NCBI GenBank assembly: GCA_045863475.1 | Contig: BTUR01000005.1 | Span: 1 to 58,802, forward strand | Length of the DNA: 58,802 bases | Direction: 5' to 3' | DNA from: Candidatus Campbellbacteria bacterium | Lineage (GTDB): Bacteria > Patescibacteriota > Minisyncoccia > Phycocordibacterales > EsbW-18 | Part shown: one piece after another, positions 50,999 to 58,802 of the stretch | How positions within the stretch are numbered: the stretch's first letter is position 1 | How the letters are laid out: every line of letters begins with the position of its first letter | Made by a program: the position numbers and the translations under genes | Notes under the pieces: model-generated | The model's database searches: none | The model's input: the letters and a program-made list of their open reading frames with translations, nothing else | Told to the model about the DNA's origin: nothing

Positions 50999-51460
50999 AT
51001 GTATCTCAACAAAGCACTCTTATACGGAAACCTGACGCGCGACCCGGAACAGCGCAGCCTGCCATCCGGCGCGGCAGTCACGTCGTTTTCGCTTGCGACG
51101 AACCGTGTATGGAAAGACCGTGACGGAAATAAGCAGGAGTCGACCGACTATCACAACATCGTCGTCTTCGGCAAACAGGCTGAGACGGTTGCGCAGTATC
51201 TTCGCAAAGGTTCATCTGCGTTTGTTGAGGGACGCATTGTAACGCGCAGTTGGGATGCCCAGGACGGCACGAAGAAGTACCGCACTGAGATTATTGCCGA
51301 CCGCATCCAGTTCGGTCCGCGCGCAGGGGCGGCCGCTTCCAGTGCCTACGCAGGCAAGAAGGAAGAAGCGCCGAAAGATGACAAGGAACCGCAACTCGAC
51401 ACGATCCAGTATCCCGATGCGGAAGAAGAGGGAATCAACCCGGAAGACATTCCATTTTAA
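50999..51460 (+). CDS. ssb: Single-stranded DNA-binding protein
   Basis: GNLTRDPE motif and C-terminal EDIPF. Confidence 0.97.
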   Translation: MYLNKALLYGNLTRDPEQRSLPSGAAVTSFSLATNRVWKDRDGNKQESTDYHNIVVFGKQAETVAQYLRKGSSAFVEGRIVTRSWDAQDGTKKYRTEIIADRIQFGPRAGAAASSAYAGKKEEAPKDDKEPQLDTIQYPDAEEEGINPEDIPF

Positions 51461-51478
51461 TCCAATTGAGACTGATGT

Positions 51479-51685
51479 ATGACAAAGACAAACTGTTTTT
51501 TCACGGAGCACAATATCAAGAAAATCGACTACAAAGATGTCGCTGTCTTGAAGCGTTTCATCAACCCGTACGGCCGTATTAAGACGCGCCGCTACACAGG
51601 TGTGTGCGGTAAGCACCAACGAGAGCTTGCCCTGGCTATCAAGCGCGCACGATTCATGGGACTTATCCCGTACATCACGAGTTAA
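51479..51685 (+). CDS. rpsR: 30S ribosomal protein S18
   Basis: IDYKD..L.RF and QR.LA.AIKRAR..GL.PY motifs. Confidence 0.96.
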   Translation: MTKTNCFFTEHNIKKIDYKDVAVLKRFINPYGRIKTRRYTGVCGKHQRELALAIKRARFMGLIPYITS

Positions 51686-51689
51686 TACG

Positions 51690-51721
51690 AAAAACCCCCG
51701 GCCGTTCGGCCGGGGGTTTTA
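51690..51721. terminator. Bidirectional intrinsic terminator (rpsR/efp)
   Basis: AAAAACCCCCGGCCG-TT-CGGCCGGGGGTTTTT. Confidence 0.85.
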
Positions 51722-51730
51722 GTTTTGGTA

Positions 51731-52291
51731 CTACGCGCGTCCGACGTATTCGCCGGTCTCAGTATTAATCTCGATGAGGTCGCCTTCTTTTACGAACATC
51801 GGTGTGGTAATCGAGGCACCCGTCTCAAGCTTCACGAGCTTGTCGCCACCTTGTGCAGTGTTGCCGCGAACGTTTGGCGGCGCCTCAACGACCTTGTAGA
51901 CGACCTTGATGGGGAGGCGAACGCCGATTGCCCGGTCATTAAAGTACAGACCCGTCACTTCCATTTTCTCTTTCAAAAACTTTGCCTTCTCACCGAGCAG
52001 TTCCGCGGGGAGCGTCAGGCGATCACCCGGGTTGCCGGTGCGGTGAAACCACCACTCGCCGCGGTTGTTGTAGATGTAGGTAAGTGAGCGATCCTCAATC
52101 TCGGCTTCTTCGGCTTTGTCTGAGACGTGGAATGAGTACTCGGTGACCTTGCCGGTAATGAGGTTCTTGAGCTTCGTTGCATTGACCGGTTTGCGCTGCT
52201 GTTTGCGGAATACGTGCGAGTCGAGCACCTCGTACGGCTCGTTGTTGAAAAGGATGACTTTTCCGCCTGTAATTTCGTTGTAGGAAAGCAT
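51731..52291 (-). CDS. efp: Elongation factor P with an atypical tip loop
   Basis: KLKNLITG, RGNTA.GG.K...LETG...P.F...GD.I.INT.TGEY..R motifs. Confidence 0.92.
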   Translation of the reverse strand: MLSYNEITGGKVILFNNEPYEVLDSHVFRKQQRKPVNATKLKNLITGKVTEYSFHVSDKAEEAEIEDRSLTYIYNNRGEWWFHRTGNPGDRLTLPAELLGEKAKFLKEKMEVTGLYFNDRAIGVRLPIKVVYKVVEAPPNVRGNTAQGGDKLVKLETGASITTPMFVKEGDLIEINTETGEYVGRA

Positions 52292-52393
52292 GATAGTGGT
52301 CGTTTTGAGCAAACAAAAAGGCCTGTTTTGGCCGCGTGCAGTATAGCAAAAGCCCCCGCGGCATTCAACCACAAGGGCTTTGTATTTTTTGGT

Positions 52394-53413
52394 TTACACT
52401 TGCGTGACGAGGTGCTCCTTGATGTCTTTCATGAGCAGTTTCGCGACGTCCTTGTTCTCTTTGAGGTACGTGCGGGCCGCATCGTAGCCGCGTCCGAGCT
52501 GTGTGGTGCCGTACTTGTATGAGGCGCCGCTTTTCTCAACGAGTTTGTATTTCTCTCCCAGCGCAAGCATCTCACCCTCCTTTGAGATTCCTTCGGGGTA
52601 GATGAGGTCAAATTCTGCGACTTTAAACGGTGCGGCAACTTTGTTCTTCACGACTTTGACGCGCACACGTCCGCCGATGACATCCTCGCCCTTTTTAATC
52701 TGCGCAATGCGGCGCACGTCCAGACGCACCGAGGAGTAGAACTTCAGTGCGTTGCCGCCCGGTGTTGTTTCGGGGTTGCCGAACATCACGCCGATTTTCA
52801 TGCGTATCTGGTTGATGAAAATAACAATGGTCTTGGATCGGGCAACAATCGCCGTGAGTTTGCGCAGTGCCTGACTCATGAGACGTGCTTGCTTGCCGAC
52901 GTGCTGTGCGCCCATCTCACCTTCAATTTCGTCTTTCGGCGTCAGTGCCGCAACCGAGTCGATGACGATGATGTCTATTTTTCCGGTGCGCACGAGCGAC
53001 TCCACGATTTCAAGCGCCTGTTCTCCCGTGTCGGGTTGTGAAATAAGGAGTTCGTCAATTTTTACTCCCAAAGTTTTTGCGTACTGAGGATCCATCGCGT
53101 GCTCCGCGTCAACATATGCACAGATACCTCCCTCGCGTTGTGCTTCCGCAACGGCATGGAGTGCGAGCGTTGTTTTACCCGAACTTTCCGGCCCGTAGAT
53201 TTCAATGACGCGTCCGCGCGGATAGCCGCCGATGCCGAGTGCAACATCAAGCGATACCGAACCCGACGGGACCGACGCAACGTCAACGCGCGGACGCGCG
53301 CCCAACATCATGATGGCGTCCTCGCCAAACTTCGTCTTAATCTGCTTCAGTGTATCTTCGATTTCTCCCGTGGTTTTTTTTGGCTCCGGGGCAGCCTTTT
53401 TCTTGAACGCCAT
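52394..53413 (-). CDS. recA: Recombinase A
   Basis: [26 protein letters not shown] and GGNALKFY motifs. Confidence 0.98.
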   Translation of the reverse strand: MAFKKKAAPEPKKTTGEIEDTLKQIKTKFGEDAIMMLGARPRVDVASVPSGSVSLDVALGIGGYPRGRVIEIYGPESSGKTTLALHAVAEAQREGGICAYVDAEHAMDPQYAKTLGVKIDELLISQPDTGEQALEIVESLVRTGKIDIIVIDSVAALTPKDEIEGEMGAQHVGKQARLMSQALRKLTAIVARSKTIVIFINQIRMKIGVMFGNPETTPGGNALKFYSSVRLDVRRIAQIKKGEDVIGGRVRVKVVKNKVAAPFKVAEFDLIYPEGISKEGEMLALGEKYKLVEKSGASYKYGTTQLGRGYDAARTYLKENKDVAKLLMKDIKEHLVTQV

Positions 53414-53465
53414 AGATGTGTGTGATTATATCTCTCAATGGTACCACGCGTGAGGTGAAGAATTT

Positions 53466-53900
53466 TTAAAGCACATCAGACGCCGCGTCTGCGTCAAGGC
53501 TCTCAAGTGTGGTTGTCGGGGTGCTTGTTGCAATATCAAACGGCATCGGCGCAGTCGGGGTGTAGGTGCCGCGCAACAGCAGGGTTTTTGAGCGTCCAAA
53601 ACGGTCTCTCACAGACACTTGTATGGTGGCGTATCCCGGAGAAAGGGGAACGAGGCGCTCGAAGCGGCCGTTTTCATCCACGAAAATAGGGTTTCCGTTG
53701 AGTGTGATTTCACTGATGCGGTGTGCTTCACCGGTGACTGAGAGCGGGCTTTCAAAGGCAGAGAAGCCATCTTGAGGAGATGTCACTTCAAGCTGTGGTC
53801 CGGAGAGAAACGGACGTGCTTCGAAGTATGCATAACCGACGATCGCCACAAGGACGAGCGTCAGAAGACCGCGCGAGAGGATTTTTTGCGCAGAGAGCAT
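53466..53900 (-). CDS. Membrane-anchored Ig-like hypothetical protein
   Basis: One TM helix and a P.L.V.SP...LNG...G.F...L.PG Ig-like pattern. Confidence 0.7.
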   Translation of the reverse strand: MLSAQKILSRGLLTLVLVAIVGYAYFEARPFLSGPQLEVTSPQDGFSAFESPLSVTGEAHRISEITLNGNPIFVDENGRFERLVPLSPGYATIQVSVRDRFGRSKTLLLRGTYTPTAPMPFDIATSTPTTTLESLDADAASDVL

Positions 53901-53909
53901 GACGGGGAA

Positions 53910-56096
53910 TTAGATTTCGTCTTCAGGTGCTGCCACCTGGTCGCCGTGCGGAACGAGTACGTCGCGTGGCTTACTGCCGTCGGCGGGTCCGATAACACCG
54001 CGCTCTTCCAAAATATCCATGAGGCGCGCGGCGCGTGAGTAGCCGATGCGCAATTTCCGCTGCAGGTACGAGGTGGACGCTTTGCCGGCGCGAATGACCG
54101 TCTCGCGCGCATCCTCAAACAAGTCGTCATCTATCTCATCGGTGTCATCAAATCCGAGCCCGCCGCCGCTACCTCCTTCAGATGAACCTAGATCAATGGA
54201 GAGTTCCGTCTCCGCAGTTCCGTCGTCGTGTCTGCGCAAGAACTCGGCAACTTTCTTCACTTCTTTTTCGGAGATGAATGCTGACTGGATGCGTTTTGGT
54301 TTGCCCATATCGCCTGACTGGAAGAGCATGTCTCCCGCACCGAGGAGTTTTTCCGCGCCGGAGGCGTCAAGAATGGTGCGTGAATCAATTTGTGAGGCGA
54401 CCTGGAGCGCCACGCGCGCCGGGATGTTCGCCTTGATGAGTCCGGTGATGACGTTTACCGAGGGGCGCTGTGTTGAGAGGATGAGGTGAATACCGACGGC
54501 GCGCGACATTTGTGCCAAGCGCACAATCGCCGCTTCAAGCTCCCGCGGGTACGTTGTCATGATGTCGGCGAGCTCGTCGATAACGACCACGATGTACGGC
54601 ATGGTTTCAGGTGCGTCAGGATGCTCGGTACTGCGGGCAAATTGCGCATTGCCGAGGATACTCTCGTGGTATGAGGAAATGTCGCGCACGTGGTGCTCTT
54701 CCAGCACGTTGTACCGCCGCTCCATCTCTTTTGTGAGCCATTTGAGCGACAAAATGGCCTTTTTCGGGTCGGTGATGACGGGAGTCAGGAGGTGCGGAAT
54801 GCCGTTGTACAGTGTCAGCTCGACGCGTTTCGGGTCAATCATGACGAAGCGCATGGTATTTGGGCCGTTACGGAACAACAGCGAGTTGATGAATGCGTGA
54901 ATGGTCACCGACTTACCCGAACCGGTGGCACCGGCAATGAGGATGTGCGGCATCTTCGCGATATTGGCAAACATTGCGTTGCCGTCTACGTCGCGACCCA
55001 AGGTCACCATCAATGGATGTGGCGAGTGCGAATAGTCATCTGTTGTCAAAAGCGTTGAGAGCCCCACGGTTGTTTTTGCGGAGTTGGGAACCTCAACACC
55101 CACGAGCGCTTTGCCGGGAATGGGCGCCTCGATGCGCACGGGGTGTGCGGCGAGTGCCAGCTCAAGGTTCTTCTGCAGGCCTAAAATTTTGTTGAGCCGG
55201 ACGCCTTCGGCGGGTTTCATCGCGTAGCGGGTTACCGACGGACCGATGGAAATCTCATCCATCGCGACATCAATGCCGAAGTTCTGTAGCGTGCGCTTAA
55301 TGATGTTGGCGTTTGCTTTGATGTCACCGACACCGGGCTTGCCGGAATCACGTGCAAATATTGAAAGCGGGGGAGGGGTGTATGCACCGGCGATTGCAGG
55401 TATCGGGACGAACGTGTCTTCTTTTTTCCCAAATGAGAACAATCCTGTTTTTTTCGGTTCCGCATCATCCGCGTCCTCTTCTTCCTGGTCAGAGGTCTCA
55501 TGTGGCGTTGCCTCCGCTTGGGGCGTGATGACTTCCATGTGGTCTTCCATCGGCTCACTCTCATCCGCTTCTTCTTCACGCTCAGCGCGCATCTCGTCGC
55601 GGCGCTCTTTCCATGCACGCCAGGCCGCCGCTGGGTGCGTGTTGAGGAGCACGAGAAGTGAAATTGCAAACAGTGCGACGAGCGCGACCGCGCCGCCGGT
55701 GACATCAAAGAGATAGGTGAGCGGATGTGTTACCCACACGCCGAGCAGTCCGCCGCTTTCAGGTACCGCAAGTTCAAGCAGTCCCAGACCTGAGAGCAAA
55801 AAGAGCAGGGAACCGACGAGGTTGGTGAGTGCAAAGTTTGCTTTCTCCGATCGGAAGTAACTTGCCGAGAGCAACAGTGAGAGGGTGGGGAGCAGGAAGT
55901 AGCCGACACCAAGCAGTCCTGAGAACCACGCGAAGATGTTCTCTCCCACGACGCCTGCTTTGTCGAACGCCGCCAAGAAGAGAAAGAGTGCGACGAGAAG
56001 AAAGACGACGGCAAGCACTGCGTACTTTGTTTCTTCCTGAAGCCCTAATGAAAAAGAAGAAGATTGTTCTTTCTTTCGATGCTTTCGTTTTGCCAT
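53910..56096 (-). CDS. ftsK: DNA translocase FtsK/SpoIIIE
   Basis: Four N-terminal TMs; PHILIAGATGSGKS, IDELAD, TQRPS and gamma-domain LQRKLRIGYSRAARL motifs. Confidence 0.96.
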   Translation of the reverse strand: MAKRKHRKKEQSSSFSLGLQEETKYAVLAVVFLLVALFLFLAAFDKAGVVGENIFAWFSGLLGVGYFLLPTLSLLLSASYFRSEKANFALTNLVGSLLFLLSGLGLLELAVPESGGLLGVWVTHPLTYLFDVTGGAVALVALFAISLLVLLNTHPAAAWRAWKERRDEMRAEREEEADESEPMEDHMEVITPQAEATPHETSDQEEEDADDAEPKKTGLFSFGKKEDTFVPIPAIAGAYTPPPLSIFARDSGKPGVGDIKANANIIKRTLQNFGIDVAMDEISIGPSVTRYAMKPAEGVRLNKILGLQKNLELALAAHPVRIEAPIPGKALVGVEVPNSAKTTVGLSTLLTTDDYSHSPHPLMVTLGRDVDGNAMFANIAKMPHILIAGATGSGKSVTIHAFINSLLFRNGPNTMRFVMIDPKRVELTLYNGIPHLLTPVITDPKKAILSLKWLTKEMERRYNVLEEHHVRDISSYHESILGNAQFARSTEHPDAPETMPYIVVVIDELADIMTTYPRELEAAIVRLAQMSRAVGIHLILSTQRPSVNVITGLIKANIPARVALQVASQIDSRTILDASGAEKLLGAGDMLFQSGDMGKPKRIQSAFISEKEVKKVAEFLRRHDDGTAETELSIDLGSSEGGSGGGLGFDDTDEIDDDLFEDARETVIRAGKASTSYLQRKLRIGYSRAARLMDILEERGVIGPADGSKPRDVLVPHGDQVAAPEDEI

Positions 56097-56146
56097 AGTA
56101 GCTTTATTGTAGCACCACTCTCTTCTCCAGAAACCGAAAATACACG

Positions 56147-56185
56147 CGTCCCTAAGGGACGTGCACCAAGCGTCCCTTAGGGACG
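56147..56185. repeat. REP-like double palindrome, copy 2
   Basis: CGTCCCTAAGGGACG-N9-CGTCCCTTAGGGACG. Confidence 0.7.
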
Positions 56186-56316
56186 ACACCTAAACAGGCA
56201 ATTTTTCGACACTCATAAAAAAACGTGTCGGAACGTTCAAAAGACACACAAAAAGGACTTGTCTTTTAGATTTCAGGGAGTAGTATGTGATTGTCTTTGA
56301 AACCTATAAAAGACAT

Positions 56317-57072
56317 ATGGAGCATCAAAAAGACACACAAAAAGACATCACTCCTGTGTACGTCGCTTCCAATGACTTTTATGACCATGCCCGTAAAATC
56401 GTTACGGCTATATATCTCCTCACGGACCTGCTTAAGGACAACGAGCCGATCAAGTGGACGCTCAGAACAAAAGTGCTAGACCTCGTGTCTTTTACAGGTG
56501 TTCTCTCCCGTTCTTCGGGACCAAGCATCAACGGAGGCGATGAAAAGGACATCATTGAACAGGTTAATGCTCTCGTGTCCCTGTTGGACATCGGTGTGTT
56601 GTCCGGTCTTGTTTCCCCTATGAATCACGAAATCCTCACGCGTGAGCTGAAAGTGTTCCGTGATAACGCCGTACGACACTTCCACGCAACCGAGGGCAAC
56701 CAGTCATTGTTCACAAGTTCGCTCTTCACAGGTTTTGATTTCAAAGAACAGCCTCACATTTCTCAAGGACACATCAAAAGGACAATCTCTCCGTCTAAAG
56801 GACAGATGAAGATAACCGTGCGAACCGAGAAAAATGTCCTTAATAAAAACGTTCACCAAAAAGACATAAATAACGGACAGCAAAACGAGCGCAAAGAAAA
56901 GATAGTCCAGCTTATACGAAGCAGGGGAAGTGTTATGATAAAGGACATTTCTCCCGAATTCCCCGGATTAAGCGAAAAGACGATACAGCGAGACCTCCTT
57001 GACCTCGTTTCTCGAGGCTCAGTACGTAAGTCCGGCGAGCGCCGATGGACGATATATTCGGTGGCTAAATAG
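56317..57072 (+). CDS. Hypothetical protein with a C-terminal DeoR-like winged HTH
   Basis: ERKEKIVQLI...V.IKDI...SEKTIQRDL.DLV..G motif. Confidence 0.75.
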   Translation: MEHQKDTQKDITPVYVASNDFYDHARKIVTAIYLLTDLLKDNEPIKWTLRTKVLDLVSFTGVLSRSSGPSINGGDEKDIIEQVNALVSLLDIGVLSGLVSPMNHEILTRELKVFRDNAVRHFHATEGNQSLFTSSLFTGFDFKEQPHISQGHIKRTISPSKGQMKITVRTEKNVLNKNVHQKDINNGQQNERKEKIVQLIRSRGSVMIKDISPEFPGLSEKTIQRDLLDLVSRGSVRKSGERRWTIYSVAK

Positions 57073-57211
57073 CCCCGAGAATGTAACGTTTTTATCTCCT
57101 TTTCCCATACCCTCAGGGAGACAGGAAAGTCCTTGAAAGAAGGCCTGTTTCCGTGCTATACTGCTTCCCAGATGGGTGTTGCAAAAAGCGCCGTAAACAA
57201 AAAGGATTTTG

Positions 57212-57256
57212 TTATCCACAAGGAGTTTTGGCGTTGTATGTTTGCGAACCTATAAT
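57212..57256 (+). promoter_or_regulatory. Promoter of the S-layer-like gene with an upstream DnaA-box-like TTATCCACA
   Basis: TTATCCACA-N30-TATAAT; TTGGCG-N17-TATAAT. Confidence 0.55.
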
Positions 57257-57485
57257 GGTGATGCGCACGAAACGATAGTTTTTTTCAGAAGCGACTGAAC
57301 TTTGAAAATACAATAGAGAGTATACGAATTCTGCCGCGACAGACGCGATCAGGAAGGCTTTACTGTGAGATCAGTATCAACTTACGCAAACTAATCCCGG
57401 GACGGCATAGGCCGTGCGGGTTAGTGATTAACAAAAGTTATTAGTTATCAGACTTCCCATAACCAGGGAAGAAATTAGAAAATTT

Positions 57486-58802
57486 ATGTCATTAAGAAAA
57501 GCAGGCCTCGTTGGTCTTCTTGCCGCAGCAGCTCTTGCGATTCCCGCATCAGCAGCAACGGTTGAAGAACTTCAGGCACAAGTGAACGCGCTTTTGGCCC
57601 AGCTTGCAGGTTTGCAGGGTGGCTCAAGCTCAAGCGCAGGATGTTACAGCTTCACAACTGACCTCACGATTGGTTCAACAGGTGCAGATGTGACAGCACT
57701 CCAGAGCTACCTCGAGTCAAAGGGATACTTCACGTATGCCGGCGCTAAGGGATACTTTGGTGCTATTACTCAGTCAGCTGTTGCCGCATGGCAATCAGCA
57801 AACGGCGTGATGCCGGCAGCGGGTTACTTCGGTGCGATTTCTCGCGCAAAGTACAACTCGATGTGTGGCAGCACGACAACAGGCGGCGGTTCAACATCAG
57901 GTGGAACGCTCGGCGGTGGCGAGGCAGATCTTCGCCAGTTCGACGCTTCATCAGGTGACGACTCAGAAGTCGAGGAGGGTTCAGACGGAGACGTCTTTGA
58001 ATTCGAATTCGACGTTGAGGACGGCGACGTAGAGGTGCAGCGTGTGGACATTATGTTCAACAACGCATCTGGCGACGGCGACACAGAGCCGTGGGATGTC
58101 TTCGACGAAATCACCCTCATGCTTGATGGTGACGAAGTTGACAGCATTGATGGTAGCGACGAGGACAACTGGGATGAAGACGCTTCGGATGAATACCGAC
58201 TTCGATTCTCGGGTCTTGACGCAGTTGTTGAGGAAGATGAGACAGCTGAATTTGTTCTCAACGTTTCTCTTCAGAACAGTGTTGACGATGCAGACCAGGG
58301 TCCTACATGGACACTCTGGATTGAAGACGATGGTATTCGCGCACTCGACGGCGAAGGTATCGACCACGAAATCGGTGATGAAACCGACACGGTTGAGTTC
58401 GATATCGACGTTGCAGGTGCCGGTGAAGAACTCACGGTTTCTGAGTCAGACAACAACCCTGACGCAACAGTTCTCGAACTCGAGGACGATGCTAAGTCAG
58501 ACTGGATGACGGTTCTCGTCTTCGACTTGGAGGCAGAGGAAAACGACATCGAAATCAACGACATTCCGATCTTCATCACACTCAGCTCATCGACATACGG
58601 AGACATCATCGACGACGCAATGCTTGTCATTGACGGTGTCGAGTACGATGACTTCACGGTTTCCTCAACGACGCTTATTGCTGCAACCACTACCTTTGAC
58701 TTCGACAGCGGAGACGTTGTTGTTGAAGACGGTGAGGAGGTTGAAGCTGAGCTCATGTTGCGCTTCAAGGCGCTCGTTGCAGGCAACGAGGGTATGACGG
58801 TT
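57486..58802 (+). CDS. Secreted peptidoglycan-binding, highly acidic surface/S-layer-like protein (3' truncated)
   Basis: MSLRKAGLVGLLAAAALAIPASA signal; DLTIGSTGADVTALQ..L...GYFG.IT.SAV..WQ PG-binding motif; open to the window end. Confidence 0.85.
   Translation, partial: MSLRKAGLVGLLAAAALAIPASAATVEELQAQVNALLAQLAGLQGGSSSSAGCYSFTTDLTIGSTGADVTALQSYLESKGYFTYAGAKGYFGAITQSAVAAWQSANGVMPAAGYFGAISRAKYNSMCGSTTTGGGSTSGGTLGGGEADLRQFDASSGDDSEVEEGSDGDVFEFEFDVEDGDVEVQRVDIMFNNASGDGDTEPWDVFDEITLMLDGDEVDSIDGSDEDNWDEDASDEYRLRFSGLDAVVEEDETAEFVLNVSLQNSVDDADQGPTWTLWIEDDGIRALDGEGIDHEIGDETDTVEFDIDVAGAGEELTVSESDNNPDATVLELEDDAKSDWMTVLVFDLEAEENDIEINDIPIFITLSSSTYGDIIDDAMLVIDGVEYDDFTVSSTTLIAATTTFDFDSGDVVVEDGEEVEAELMLRFKALVAGNEGMTV

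Noticed and set aside
57073-57485. oriC in the intergenic region
   Set aside because: Only one clear DnaA box and no dnaA/dnaN nearby; better explained as a promoter plus leader.

Overview
Chromosomal segment of a Patescibacteria/CPR bacterium, most likely Parcubacteria. This is inferred from the compact gene set, rplK not followed by rplA, rpsF-ssb-rpsR without rplI, a type IV pilus cluster without a secretin, and scarce Shine-Dalgarno sites. It opens in the 3' part of a 23S rRNA gene carrying an ORF-less group I intron at the L2593 site. The rRNA-operon tail is very unusual. It holds three CCA-ending tRNA-derived elements: an aberrant cloverleaf, a tRNA-Val-like gene with a second cloverleaf inserted in its D-loop, and a bare acceptor microhelix. 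It also holds an intact 5S rRNA nested inside a second, insertion-interrupted 5S-like RNA. The rest is housekeeping genes (rodA, folD, secDF, secE-nusG-rplK, argS, ileS, recO, ligA, gatCA, rpsF-ssb-rpsR, efp, recA, ftsK), a full T4P/competence locus, a four-gene pyrimidine-nucleotide island (cytidylyltransferase-like, deaminase, HIT, divergent ThyA), several self-contained orphan gene cassettes, three families of small inverted-repeat elements, and the start of an S-layer-like gene. All assignments come from motif recognition by eye; no searches or folding programs were run.
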